Part shown: positions 46,653 to 55,720 of the stretch, piece after piece
Numbering within the stretch: the stretch's first letter is position 1
Layout of the letters: each line of letters begins with the position of its first letter
Source: an uncultured Clostridia bacterium
Lineage (GTDB): Bacteria > Bacillota > Clostridia > TANB77 > CAG-508
DNA length: 64,000 nucleotides
Direction of reading: 5' to 3'
Assembly (NCBI GenBank): GCA_904387305.1
Contig: CAJFLB010000005.1
Span: 6,704 to 70,703 of the forward strand
The notes under the pieces: model-generated
Database searches by the model: none
Seen by the model: the letters and a program-made list of their open reading frames with translations, nothing else
What the model was told of the DNA's origin: nothing
Translations under genes and position numbers: made by a program

Positions 46653-48440
46653 ATGGCAAGATATAGTGATGAAATCATTGATGATGTAAGACAATCTAAT
46701 GATATTGTAGATGTGATATCACAATATGTAAGACTAAAAAGAAGTGGCAGAAATTATTTTGGGTTATGTCCTTTTCACAATGAAAAATCACCATCCTTTT
46801 CAGTATCTCCAGAAAAACAAATATTTCATTGTTTTGGTTGTGGCGTAGGTGGAAATGTATTTACATTTTTGACAAAAATTGAGGGCATCAATTTTGTAGA
46901 AGCGGTTCAACTTTTAGCAGAAAGAGCCAATATACAATTACCAACATTAGAGAATAATGTAGATTCAGCAAAAGAAGCTTTAAAAGCAAAGGTATATAAA
47001 GTAAATGAATTTACAGCAAAATATTACCATGAAAATTTGTATAGACCAGAGTCTAAAATGGCTCAAGAATACATAAAGAAAAGAAAATTATCAAATGAAA
47101 CATTAAAATCCTTTCAAATTGGATTTTCAGGAAAATTTGATGAATTGTATAAAGAACTAAAAAAACAAGGGTTTGAAGATAGGGAAATTTTAGAGTCTGG
47201 CTTAGTCAATAAAAATGAAAGAGGTCAATATATAGATAGATATCGAAACAGATTAATGTTTCCTATATGTGATGTGAGAGGAAGAGTGATTGCTTTTGGT
47301 GGAAGAGTACTAGATGATACAAAACCAAAATATATTAATTCTCCCGAAAACATTGTATATAGTAAGGGAAGACATCTATATGGATTAAATGTTGCAAAAA
47401 AATATGATATAAAAAAAAGATTACTTATTGTAGAAGGATATATGGATGTGGTTTCTCTTCATCAAAGAGATATTCATAATGTGGTTGCCTCTTTAGGAAC
47501 AGCGTTAACACAGCAACAAGGATATTTGCTTCGAAATAATACAGAACAAATTATTCTAAGTTATGATTCAGATGAGGCTGGACAAACTGCTAAAGTAAGA
47601 GCAATGGAAATATTACAAAATATGGGATGTGATATTCGAGTTTTACAAATGGAAGGTGCAAAGGACCCTGATGAATATGTTATTAAATATGGAAATGCGA
47701 GATTTCAAAATTTAGTCGATAAAGCCATTTCTGTTATCGAATTTAAAGTCAAAATATTAAGACAATCTTTGGATTTGGAAAGTACTAATGACAAAATAAA
47801 GTTTTTAAATGAAATTGCAAAATTAATTTCAAAAATTGATAACAGCATGGAAAGGGAAGTTTATATAGAAAAAATAGCAAAGGCATATGATGTTTCTAAA
47901 GAAGCAATTTATGCAGAAGTTAATAAATTGACATATAGAGAAATTAAAGATGAAAAAATATTAAGTAAGCCAAAACCAGTGGTTAAGCATATAGAAAAAA
48001 AGGAAATGGATAATGTGTCAGAAGCCACAAAACGAAGAGAAAATACGGTGATAGCTATTTTACTTTTAGGAGATAGAAATATCTATGAAATTATTAAACA
48101 AAACATTACTATTAAAGACTTTAAATATGACATAGATAAGAGGATTGCTGAAAAGTTGTATGAAGAATTTGAAAATGGAAATAGTAATATAAATAGTATC
48201 ATTGATAATTTATCAGAAGAAGAACAAAACCATATTACCATGATAATGGCAGAAGATTATGGAATTGATGATGTAGAAAAGGCAATCGATGATATTATAC
48301 AAAGCTATGAGAAAGATAAATTAAATGAAAGAAAGCTTGAAATTTTAGAATTGTTAGAAAATTCAACTGAAGAAAATCAAAAGAAAGAATTAGAAAAAGA
48401 GCTAAATGATATTATTATCAGATTAGCAAAGATTAGATAG
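46653..48440 (+). CDS. dnaG: DNA primase
   Basis: Zinc finger CPFHNEKSPSFSVSPEKQIFHCFGCGVGGN, TOPRIM EGYMDV. Confidence 0.95.
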   Translation: MARYSDEIIDDVRQSNDIVDVISQYVRLKRSGRNYFGLCPFHNEKSPSFSVSPEKQIFHCFGCGVGGNVFTFLTKIEGINFVEAVQLLAERANIQLPTLENNVDSAKEALKAKVYKVNEFTAKYYHENLYRPESKMAQEYIKKRKLSNETLKSFQIGFSGKFDELYKELKKQGFEDREILESGLVNKNERGQYIDRYRNRLMFPICDVRGRVIAFGGRVLDDTKPKYINSPENIVYSKGRHLYGLNVAKKYDIKKRLLIVEGYMDVVSLHQRDIHNVVASLGTALTQQQGYLLRNNTEQIILSYDSDEAGQTAKVRAMEILQNMGCDIRVLQMEGAKDPDEYVIKYGNARFQNLVDKAISVIEFKVKILRQSLDLESTNDKIKFLNEIAKLISKIDNSMEREVYIEKIAKAYDVSKEAIYAEVNKLTYREIKDEKILSKPKPVVKHIEKKEMDNVSEATKRRENTVIAILLLGDRNIYEIIKQNITIKDFKYDIDKRIAEKLYEEFENGNSNINSIIDNLSEEEQNHITMIMAEDYGIDDVEKAIDDIIQSYEKDKLNERKLEILELLENSTEENQKKELEKELNDIIIRLAKIR

Positions 48441-48452
48441 GGGTGAATTAGG

Positions 48453-48622
48453 TTGAAAAATAATTACAATTTTGGCTACGTCAAATTTTATTTAAAACGC
48501 AGTTATATACAAAAAGTATGTGCTCTTGCCTTTTAAATGAAATTTTCCAGCTATGCATACTGACCTTGTAACAGACAAGGCCTTAACAAACTCAGCATTG
48601 CCAAAATTTAATTCTTTTCCAA
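48453..48622 (+). mobile_element. F2 element, copy (b), in the dnaG-rpoD spacer
   Basis: Same termini as 27085 and 49889; carries an extra internal segment with hairpin CCTTGTAACAGACAAGG. Confidence 0.7.
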
Positions 48623-48657
48623 CCAGATTTTCACATTAAGAAAGGAATGTGATAAGA

Positions 48658-49887
48658 ATGGCAAAACAAGAAGAGAAGAAACAAGAAGAAATAAAACAGG
48701 AAGAAAAAATTGAAAAGTTTGAAAAAGTAAGAAAAAAAGCACATAAGAAAGCAGAAGAAGAAAAATCAAAAAAAGAGGAACAAGTAGAAGAATCAGAAGA
48801 AACAAAAAAGTTAAAAGAAGAAAAAGTAAATAATATATTAAAAAAAGCAAAAGAAAAAGGAAAAATCACATATGGTGATTTAGCATCTGAGTTAGATGAT
48901 GTGAATCCAGATCAAATTGATAAAGTTTTTGATGCTTTTGAAGAATTAGGTGTGGACTTATTACAAGATGATGTGGATGAAGAACCAGATATTGAAGATT
49001 TAAAAGAAGTAGAAGAATTAAAATTAGATGAAATTACAGATACCAGTTATGAGGGTATTAATGTTGATGACCCTGTAAGAATGTATTTAAGAGAAATTGG
49101 TAGAATTCCATTACTTACTTTTGATGAAGAATTAGATTTAGCAAAAAAAGTATTAAAAGGTGATGAAGAAGCAAAACAAAAATTGGCAGAATCGAATTTA
49201 AGATTAGTTGTTAGTATTGCAAAAAAATATGTAGGAAGAGGAATGCTATTCTTAGACTTAATACAAGAAGGAAATATGGGATTAATCAAAGCAGTTGAAA
49301 AATTTGATTATACAAAAGGTTTTAAATTTAGCACATATGCAACATGGTGGATTAGACAAGCCATTACAAGAGCGATTGCAGACCAAGCAAGAACCATTAG
49401 AATTCCTGTACACATGGTAGAAACAATCAATAAATTAATTAGAACATCTAGACATTTACTACAACAACTAGGTAGAGAGCCAACCCCAGAAGAAATCGCA
49501 GCTGAAATGGAAATACCAGTTGAAAAAGTTATTGAAATTCAAAAAATTGCACAAGACCCAGTATCATTGGAAACACCAATAGGAGAAGAAGACGATAGCC
49601 ATTTAGGTGATTTTATACAGGATGATGATTCTCCAGCACCTCAAGATTCAGCTGCTTATACAATGCTTAGAGAGCAATTAGAAGAGGTAATGAATACATT
49701 AACACCAAGAGAGGCAAAAGTATTAAAATTAAGATTTGGATTAGAAGATGGAAAGTCAAGAACACTAGAAGAAGTGGGAAGAGAATTCCAAGTAACAAGG
49801 GAGAGAATTAGACAGATAGAAGCAAAAGCTTTAAGAAAATTAAGACATCCTAGTAGGAGTAAGAAGCTTAGAGATTACATGGGATAA
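48658..49887 (+). CDS. rpoD: RNA polymerase primary sigma factor
   Basis: K/E-rich N-terminus, region 2 [14 protein letters not shown], region 4 [26 protein letters not shown]. Confidence 0.95.
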   Translation: MAKQEEKKQEEIKQEEKIEKFEKVRKKAHKKAEEEKSKKEEQVEESEETKKLKEEKVNNILKKAKEKGKITYGDLASELDDVNPDQIDKVFDAFEELGVDLLQDDVDEEPDIEDLKEVEELKLDEITDTSYEGINVDDPVRMYLREIGRIPLLTFDEELDLAKKVLKGDEEAKQKLAESNLRLVVSIAKKYVGRGMLFLDLIQEGNMGLIKAVEKFDYTKGFKFSTYATWWIRQAITRAIADQARTIRIPVHMVETINKLIRTSRHLLQQLGREPTPEEIAAEMEIPVEKVIEIQKIAQDPVSLETPIGEEDDSHLGDFIQDDDSPAPQDSAAYTMLREQLEEVMNTLTPREAKVLKLRFGLEDGKSRTLEEVGREFQVTRERIRQIEAKALRKLRHPSRSKKLRDYMG

Positions 49888-49888
49888 A

Positions 49889-50008
49889 TTGAAAAATAAT
49901 TACAATTTTGGCTACGTCAAATTTCATTTAAAACGCGGTTACATACAAAAGTATGCGCCCTTGCCTTTTAAATAAAATTTTCCTTGCCAAAATTTAATTC
50001 TTTTCCAA
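49889..50008 (+). mobile_element. F2 element, copy (c), 2 nt after the rpoD stop
   Basis: TTGAAAAATAATTACAATTTTGGCTACGTCAAATTT...GCCAAAATTTAATTCTTTTCCAA. A partial repeat of the left tip (ATTGAAAAATAAATAATTTT) follows at about 50013. Confidence 0.7.
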
Positions 50009-50048
50009 TCAAATTGAAAAATAAATAATTTTAATATTGGAGGAAAAT

Positions 50049-51113
50049 ATGGAGCAGTTAGTTGAGTTTTGGAATAGACTAACATCTATACAAGTTGTAG
50101 ATATCATCATAGCCATTGGAATTATTGTGTTTTTTAGGATATTTAGTGGTACATTTTCCTATATGATTATTAAGATATTTAAAATAAAGAGTAAAAAGGC
50201 AAAAGAAATAAAAGAAAGTGCATTTTTTAAACCTTTAAAAGTATTTTTTATTATTTTAGGAATTTATTTAGCCATTGTATTTTTAAGAACACCGCTACAA
50301 ATTAATGAGCAAGTAATGGATATTGTGACAAAAGCTTTTAAAATTATTAGTGTGATAGAAATTGCAGTAGGATTAGCAAATAGCTTTACTTCAAAAACAA
50401 TTTTAGGAAAAAAATTGAGAAAAAGCTTAAGCGATAAAATGGATGATACAGTATTTGAATTTGTATTAAAAATTACAAGAGTACTTATCTATATAATTGC
50501 TATATTTTTGGTATTAGCAATACTGGAAATTAATCTAACAGGACTAGTTGCAGGATTAGGATTAGGTGGTGTTATTGTAACACTTGCTGCACAAGATACT
50601 GCCAAAAACCTATTTGGTGGATTGGTTATTTTTATAGATAAACCGTTTGTAGTTGGCGATTGGATACAAATGGATAATTACGAAGGAACAATAGAAGATA
50701 TTACATTTAGAACAACTAGAATTAGAACATTTGAAAATGCATTAGTCAATATTCCAAATGCGATTATTGCAGATGCTTCTGTAACGAATTGGAGCAAAAT
50801 GGAAAAAAGAAGATATAAAACCAATTTATGTGTAGAATTAGATACACCATTAGAAAAATTAGATTTATTAAAAACAAGAATTGAAAAAATGTTACAAGAA
50901 AGAGAAAGTGTCTATGATGATTCTATTATTGTAAGATTTGATCAAATAACAGATAATGGGATTAATATATTAATCTATACATATACCAATTCAGTGGATT
51001 ATGCAAGTTATTTAAAAGAAGTAGAAGATATAAATGTGAAAATAATGAAGATATTGAATGAGGAAAATATTGAATTGGCTTATGATACAAAAACAGTATA
51101 TGTTAAAAATTAA
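50049..51113 (+). CDS. Small-conductance mechanosensitive channel (MscS family)
   Basis: GGAGG 5 nt before ATG 50049; three or four N-terminal helices, then GGLVIFIDKPFVVGDWI and the beta-domain. Confidence 0.8.
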   Translation: MEQLVEFWNRLTSIQVVDIIIAIGIIVFFRIFSGTFSYMIIKIFKIKSKKAKEIKESAFFKPLKVFFIILGIYLAIVFLRTPLQINEQVMDIVTKAFKIISVIEIAVGLANSFTSKTILGKKLRKSLSDKMDDTVFEFVLKITRVLIYIIAIFLVLAILEINLTGLVAGLGLGGVIVTLAAQDTAKNLFGGLVIFIDKPFVVGDWIQMDNYEGTIEDITFRTTRIRTFENALVNIPNAIIADASVTNWSKMEKRRYKTNLCVELDTPLEKLDLLKTRIEKMLQERESVYDDSIIVRFDQITDNGINILIYTYTNSVDYASYLKEVEDINVKIMKILNEENIELAYDTKTVYVKN

Positions 51114-51120
51114 AAACAGG

Positions 51121-51154
51121 TTACTACACTAGATACTAGTGTAGTATTTTTTTT
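51121..51154 (+). terminator. Rho-independent terminator
   Basis: TACTACACTAG / CTAGTGTAGTA stem followed by nine T. Confidence 0.8.
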
Positions 51155-51266
51155 TAGGAGGACATGTTGTCACTTTTAACAAAAATAAAAAATTTGTTCA
51201 CAGTATAGACATAAAACCTATGTATAATATATAATAAAAATAATAGAAAAAATAGGAGTGATACAT

Positions 51267-51944
51267 ATGCTAAATAACTGTATTTTAGTTGTAGATGACG
51301 AACTAAGGATGAGAAAATTAATAAAAGATTTCTTAGCTGCAAAAGGATATAGTATATTAGAGGCAGAAGATGGAGAAAAAGGATTAGAGGTATATGAAGA
51401 AAATAAAAATAAAATTAGTTTAATTCTGTTAGATGTTATGATGCCTAAATTAGATGGTTGGTCAGTATTAAGACAAATCAGACAAGATTCAAAAGTACCA
51501 ATTATCATGTTAACAGCTAGAGGAGAAGAACAAGATGAATTATTTGGATTTGAACTAGGCGTTGATGAATATATTTCTAAACCATTTAGTCCTAAAATTT
51601 TAGTTGCACGTGTTGAAGCTATATTAAAGAGAACAAATCAAGATGAAAAAGAAGTTAAAGATTATGGTGGAATTGAAATTGATAAAGAAGGAAGAACTGT
51701 CAAAGTGGATGGAAAACCAATCGAATTAAGTTTAAGAGAATATGAATTATTAACCTACTTAGTGGATAATGAAAATATTGCTTTGTCAAGAGATAAAATA
51801 TTAAATAATGTATGGAATTATGATTATTATGGAGATTCTAGAACAATTGATAGTCATATTAAGAAAATAAGACATAAATTAGGAAAAAAAGGAAAATATA
51901 TTCAAACAATGAGAGGTGTCGGATATAAATTTGAGGTAAAATAA
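51267..51944 (+). CDS. OmpR/PhoB-family response regulator
   Basis: Receiver ILVVDDE...LDVMMP...K, winged-helix C-terminus TIDSHIKKIRHKL...RGVGYKF. Confidence 0.9.
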   Translation: MLNNCILVVDDELRMRKLIKDFLAAKGYSILEAEDGEKGLEVYEENKNKISLILLDVMMPKLDGWSVLRQIRQDSKVPIIMLTARGEEQDELFGFELGVDEYISKPFSPKILVARVEAILKRTNQDEKEVKDYGGIEIDKEGRTVKVDGKPIELSLREYELLTYLVDNENIALSRDKILNNVWNYDYYGDSRTIDSHIKKIRHKLGKKGKYIQTMRGVGYKFEVK

Positions 51945-51967
51945 ATTACCTAAGGATGGGAATAAAA

Positions 51968-53461
51968 ATGGAAAAAATAAGAAATGCATTAAAATCAGTA
52001 AGAGTTAAATTATTTTTAATGTTATCATTAATTATATTGCTTATCATACTTTTTTTAATATTAGTAAACAATTTTGTATTTGGACAATTTTATTTATATA
52101 GTAAAACAAAAGATTTAAAAGAAGTATATGAGGTAATTAATGATTATTATAATGCACCAACAGATATCGATATTAATTCTGAATTAGAAAAATTAGCAAT
52201 CAATAATAATTTTGATATTTTAATAAAAGATGATGATGATATCAATGTATTCACATCAAATAAAGATTTTTTATCAACATTTGGTGAAATGAATGCCATG
52301 ACAAATGCAATAAATGCAGGAGAGTTAATAGAGGAAAATGAAAAATTTATTATTAGAAGATTAAAAGAGAATAAAACGGGAATTTCGTATATTTTATTAT
52401 CAGCAAAATTAGATAATGATTATTTGTTATATATTCGAATACCAGTTTCTTCAATACAAGAAAGTGTAAAAATTTCTAATAATTTTCTATACTTAATTGC
52501 AGGTTTTACAATTTTAATTTCAGCAGTCATTGTTAATTTTGTAAGTAGAAAATTTACAGAACCAATATTAGAGCTAAATACAATTGCGAAAAATATGTCT
52601 AATTTAGATTTTAGCCATAAATATCGAATAACAGATGGAGATGACGAAATCAATAATCTAGGGAAAAGTATTAATTTAATGTCAGATAAATTGGAAAGTA
52701 CAATTAAACAATTAAGAAGGACAAATATAGAGCTAGAAAGAGATATAGAGGAAAAATCAAAAATTGATGAAATGAGAAAAAGCTTTATATCAGATGTATC
52801 ACATGAATTAAAAACACCAATTGCATTGATACAAGGATATAGTGAGGGATTATTAGAAAATGTTAATACAGATGATGAAAGCAGAAAATTTTATGCAGAG
52901 GTTATCTTAGATGAAACCAATAAAATGGACAGATTAGTAAAACAATTATTAGAATTAATGAAACTAGAATATGGAAAAAGAGAATTTTCTGATAAAGAAT
53001 TTAACATAGTAGAATTAGAAAAAGAAGTTATTAGAAAATCACAAGTTATGCTAGAAGAAAAGCAAGTAGAAGTAGAACTAAAATCTCCAGATGAGATTAA
53101 TGTTATCGCAGATGATTTTTATATAGAGCAAGTGATTACCAATTATTTAACAAATGCGATTAAGCATGTTGAAGAAGTAAATAAAAAGAAAAGCATCGTG
53201 ATTGAAAATGTTGTAAATGTAGAAAAAAACAAAGTGAGAATAAAAGTATTTAATACAGGTATTAATATAAAAGAAGAAGATTTAACAAGAATTTGGAATC
53301 GTTTTTATAAAGTTGATGAATCTAGAAATAGAGCAGATGGTGGAACAGGCATTGGTTTATCATTTGTAAGGGCTATTATGGGAAATTATAAAAATGATTA
53401 TGGTGTTATTAATAAAGATGATGGGGTTGAATTCTATTTCGAATTAGACTTAAAAATATAA
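51968..53461 (+). CDS. Sensor histidine kinase
   Basis: Two TM helices, HAMP, H-box SHELKTPIA, N-box NAIKH, G-box GGTGIGLSFV. ATG 51956 is an alternative start. Confidence 0.9.
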   Translation: MEKIRNALKSVRVKLFLMLSLIILLIILFLILVNNFVFGQFYLYSKTKDLKEVYEVINDYYNAPTDIDINSELEKLAINNNFDILIKDDDDINVFTSNKDFLSTFGEMNAMTNAINAGELIEENEKFIIRRLKENKTGISYILLSAKLDNDYLLYIRIPVSSIQESVKISNNFLYLIAGFTILISAVIVNFVSRKFTEPILELNTIAKNMSNLDFSHKYRITDGDDEINNLGKSINLMSDKLESTIKQLRRTNIELERDIEEKSKIDEMRKSFISDVSHELKTPIALIQGYSEGLLENVNTDDESRKFYAEVILDETNKMDRLVKQLLELMKLEYGKREFSDKEFNIVELEKEVIRKSQVMLEEKQVEVELKSPDEINVIADDFYIEQVITNYLTNAIKHVEEVNKKKSIVIENVVNVEKNKVRIKVFNTGINIKEEDLTRIWNRFYKVDESRNRADGGTGIGLSFVRAIMGNYKNDYGVINKDDGVEFYFELDLKI

Positions 53462-53473
53462 ATTATTGCAGAA

Positions 53474-53504
53474 AAGGGATTTTGGGGACGGACTCATTTT
53501 TCCC
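53474..53504 (+). repeat. F1 module B, solo copy after the kinase gene
   Basis: AAGGGATTTTGGGGACGGACTCATTTTTCCC followed by TTTTTTTT; nearly identical to 46280-46310. Confidence 0.75.
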
Positions 53505-53544
53505 TTTTTTTTCTTTAAATGTCGAATTTTGCGATGAAAAGTTC

Positions 53545-53597
53545 TTTACAAATGGAAAAAATTGTATTATTATATACATGTAACATGTTACATATAT
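53545..53597 (+). promoter_or_regulatory. Promoter candidate with overlapping palindromic operator upstream of the sortase-adhesin pair
   Basis: TTTACA, 17 nt, TATTAT (53545-53573), then palindrome ATACATGTAACATGTTACATATAT centred on GTAACATGTTAC (53580-53591). Confidence 0.4.
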
Positions 53598-53685
53598 TTT
53601 TTTATCAATATTAAAAATTTAATCAAAAAAATTTAATCGAGTTAAAATTCCAAACAAAGTCAAGATATATTTTAAAAAGGAGAGC

Positions 53686-54294
53686 GTGTTTATTATCATA
53701 TATACTAGTAAATTTATAAATGTATTGTCTTTCATTATTTCCATCTTTTTATATTTATTCATAAATGTTTTATGGCATAGCAATATATTAAAAATAGAAA
53801 AAGTAGAATTTAAAGTCGATTTTATAGCACAAGAAAATTTTATTCAAAATCAAACCATTGATTCAAAAAATTTAAAGAATGATAATGCTATTGTTATAAA
53901 TGAAACAAATAAATTAAATAATTGGTATATACAAATAGATAAAATAGCATTAAAAGCACCCATACAAGAAGGAACAAGCAAGGAAATATTAGATGACTAT
54001 GTGGGACATTTTGAAGAATCCTCTAAAGATTTAGGAAATATATGCTTAGCTGCACATAATAGAGGATATAAAAATAATTATTTTAGTCGATTAAAAGAAT
54101 TACAGGAGGGAGATGAAATCAAGTACATCTATAAAGATATAAAAAAGATATATATTGTAACCAAACATGAGATTATACAAAATACAGATTGGAGTAATTT
54201 AGAACCAACAGAAGAAAATACAATCACATTAATTACCTGTGTAGAAAATGAACCAAAATACAGAAGATGTATACAAGGAATAGAAAAATTATAA
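53686..54294 (+). CDS. Sortase (cysteine transpeptidase)
   Basis: N-terminal anchor, LAAHN (His), TLITC (Cys), RRCIQG (Arg). The start codon is uncertain. Confidence 0.8.
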   Translation: MFIIIYTSKFINVLSFIISIFLYLFINVLWHSNILKIEKVEFKVDFIAQENFIQNQTIDSKNLKNDNAIVINETNKLNNWYIQIDKIALKAPIQEGTSKEILDDYVGHFEESSKDLGNICLAAHNRGYKNNYFSRLKELQEGDEIKYIYKDIKKIYIVTKHEIIQNTDWSNLEPTEENTITLITCVENEPKYRRCIQGIEKL

Positions 54295-54310
54295 AGGAAG
54301 TGAAAATAAT

Positions 54311-55582
54311 TTGTATAAAATAAAAAAAGGTGCAAAAATTATATGCATTGTACTTGCTATAATCATATTAAATTTTTTGAATTTCACAAATTCAGTTATG
54401 GCTAGTAATATAGATGCGACAAATGTATATGCAGTAGGAGATTGTGGAAGTTTACTAAAATATAAAGGTATTACGGTAAAAACCACATATATTGAATATG
54501 AAAATGATGGAAAAGTATATCCTGCCTATTGTTTAGATAAAACAAAACCAGGAGCAGAGGAGGGGAGCTATACAGTTTCTATTGAAAAAGCAATACAAGA
54601 TGTCATGCTTTGGAAAATTGTAACAAATGGGTATCCATATAAAACAATAGGAGAACTAGGTGTTGCAAATGAAAAAGAAGCATTTACGGCAACGAAACAT
54701 GCAATTTATAGTTATATTCATGGAAATCAATTAAGTGATTATAGTGCCATTGGAGAAGCAGGACAAAGAACATTAAATGCGATGTATAAAATTATAAATG
54801 ATGCCAATAACTCTAGTGAAGTACAGATTTCTAATAAAGTAGATATACAAAAATTACAAGAAACTTGGAAACAAGATAGTATAGAGTCTCAATATGTTTC
54901 TAAAACATATAAAGTATCTGCTAAAACCAATATAGACAAATATACGGTACATGTAACAGATGAAAACGGTCAAGAAGTGGAAGAAATGAAAATAACAGAT
55001 GAAGCGAATAAAGAAAAAGAAGAATTTAATTCTAATGAAGTATTTAAAATATTAATTCCAATTAAACAAATGACAGAAGATAAAACTATTAAGATTCAGA
55101 TAGAAACAAAAGTAGAAACAAAACCAATACTATATGGAAAAGCGCCAAGTTCTAATTTACAAGATTATGCATTAACAGCATCAACTTATGAAGATGGAAC
55201 AGGAGAGGCGAAAGACTATTATAGTAGAAATAAAACCAAATTAATTATCATAAAACAAGATAAAGAAACAGAAGAAAAATTAAAAGGAATAGAATTTCAA
55301 GTCTTAGATGAAAATAAAAATGTAATTTATACAAATTTAGAAACAGATGAGAATGGAAAGATAGAGGTAGAAAATCTAATTCCAGGAAAGTATTATATAA
55401 AAGAAACAAGAACGATTAGTGGATATGAAATATATGAAGATTTAATTGAAGTAGATATAAATCTAAATGAAGAAATGACAGTAACTGTGAATAATCGTGA
55501 AGAAGAAAAACCAAAAGTTGAAAAAACGACAGATAATCAAGAATTTTCAAGTATGAGAATTTTACCAGTGACAGGAATGTAA
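54311..55582 (+). CDS. Surface adhesin with thioester-type (TED) domain and Cna-B/SpaA-type domain; truncated sorting signal
   Basis: Signal peptide; VYPAYCLDKTKPG and WKIVTNGYPYK resemble TED. LKGIEFQVLDENKNV...ENGKIEVENLIPGKYYIKETRTISGYE is Cna-B-like. Ends ILPVTGM-stop. Confidence 0.7.
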   Translation: MYKIKKGAKIICIVLAIIILNFLNFTNSVMASNIDATNVYAVGDCGSLLKYKGITVKTTYIEYENDGKVYPAYCLDKTKPGAEEGSYTVSIEKAIQDVMLWKIVTNGYPYKTIGELGVANEKEAFTATKHAIYSYIHGNQLSDYSAIGEAGQRTLNAMYKIINDANNSSEVQISNKVDIQKLQETWKQDSIESQYVSKTYKVSAKTNIDKYTVHVTDENGQEVEEMKITDEANKEKEEFNSNEVFKILIPIKQMTEDKTIKIQIETKVETKPILYGKAPSSNLQDYALTASTYEDGTGEAKDYYSRNKTKLIIIKQDKETEEKLKGIEFQVLDENKNVIYTNLETDENGKIEVENLIPGKYYIKETRTISGYEIYEDLIEVDINLNEEMTVTVNNREEEKPKVEKTTDNQEFSSMRILPVTGM

Positions 55583-55591
55583 TATAGGAAA

Positions 55592-55616
55592 GGGAACTTT
55601 AAGAGTTTCCTTTTTT
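55592..55616 (+). terminator. Rho-independent terminator directly after the adhesin gene
   Basis: GGGAAC / GTTTCC stem followed by TTTTTT. Confidence 0.6.
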
Positions 55617-55720
55617 CTATGGATAAACATATAAAACTATTGAATAAAAAAATAAACTTTGATAGAATATACAAGAAAAGTATATAATAAAAAAGAGAAA
55701 CAAAAGGGAGCGTATATTTC

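Noticed and set aside
48608-48869. Two minus-strand ORFs (80 and 77 aa) rich in L/F/S
   Set aside because: They are antisense to the K/E-rich N-terminal region of rpoD. A GAA/AAG-rich sense strand gives stop-free TTC/CTT-rich antisense frames.
2548-53504. F1 modules as a CRISPR array
   Set aside because: The copies are scattered across about 50 kb, occur in both orientations, have irregular spacing and sit at gene boundaries. There is no cas gene and no regular repeat-spacer periodicity.
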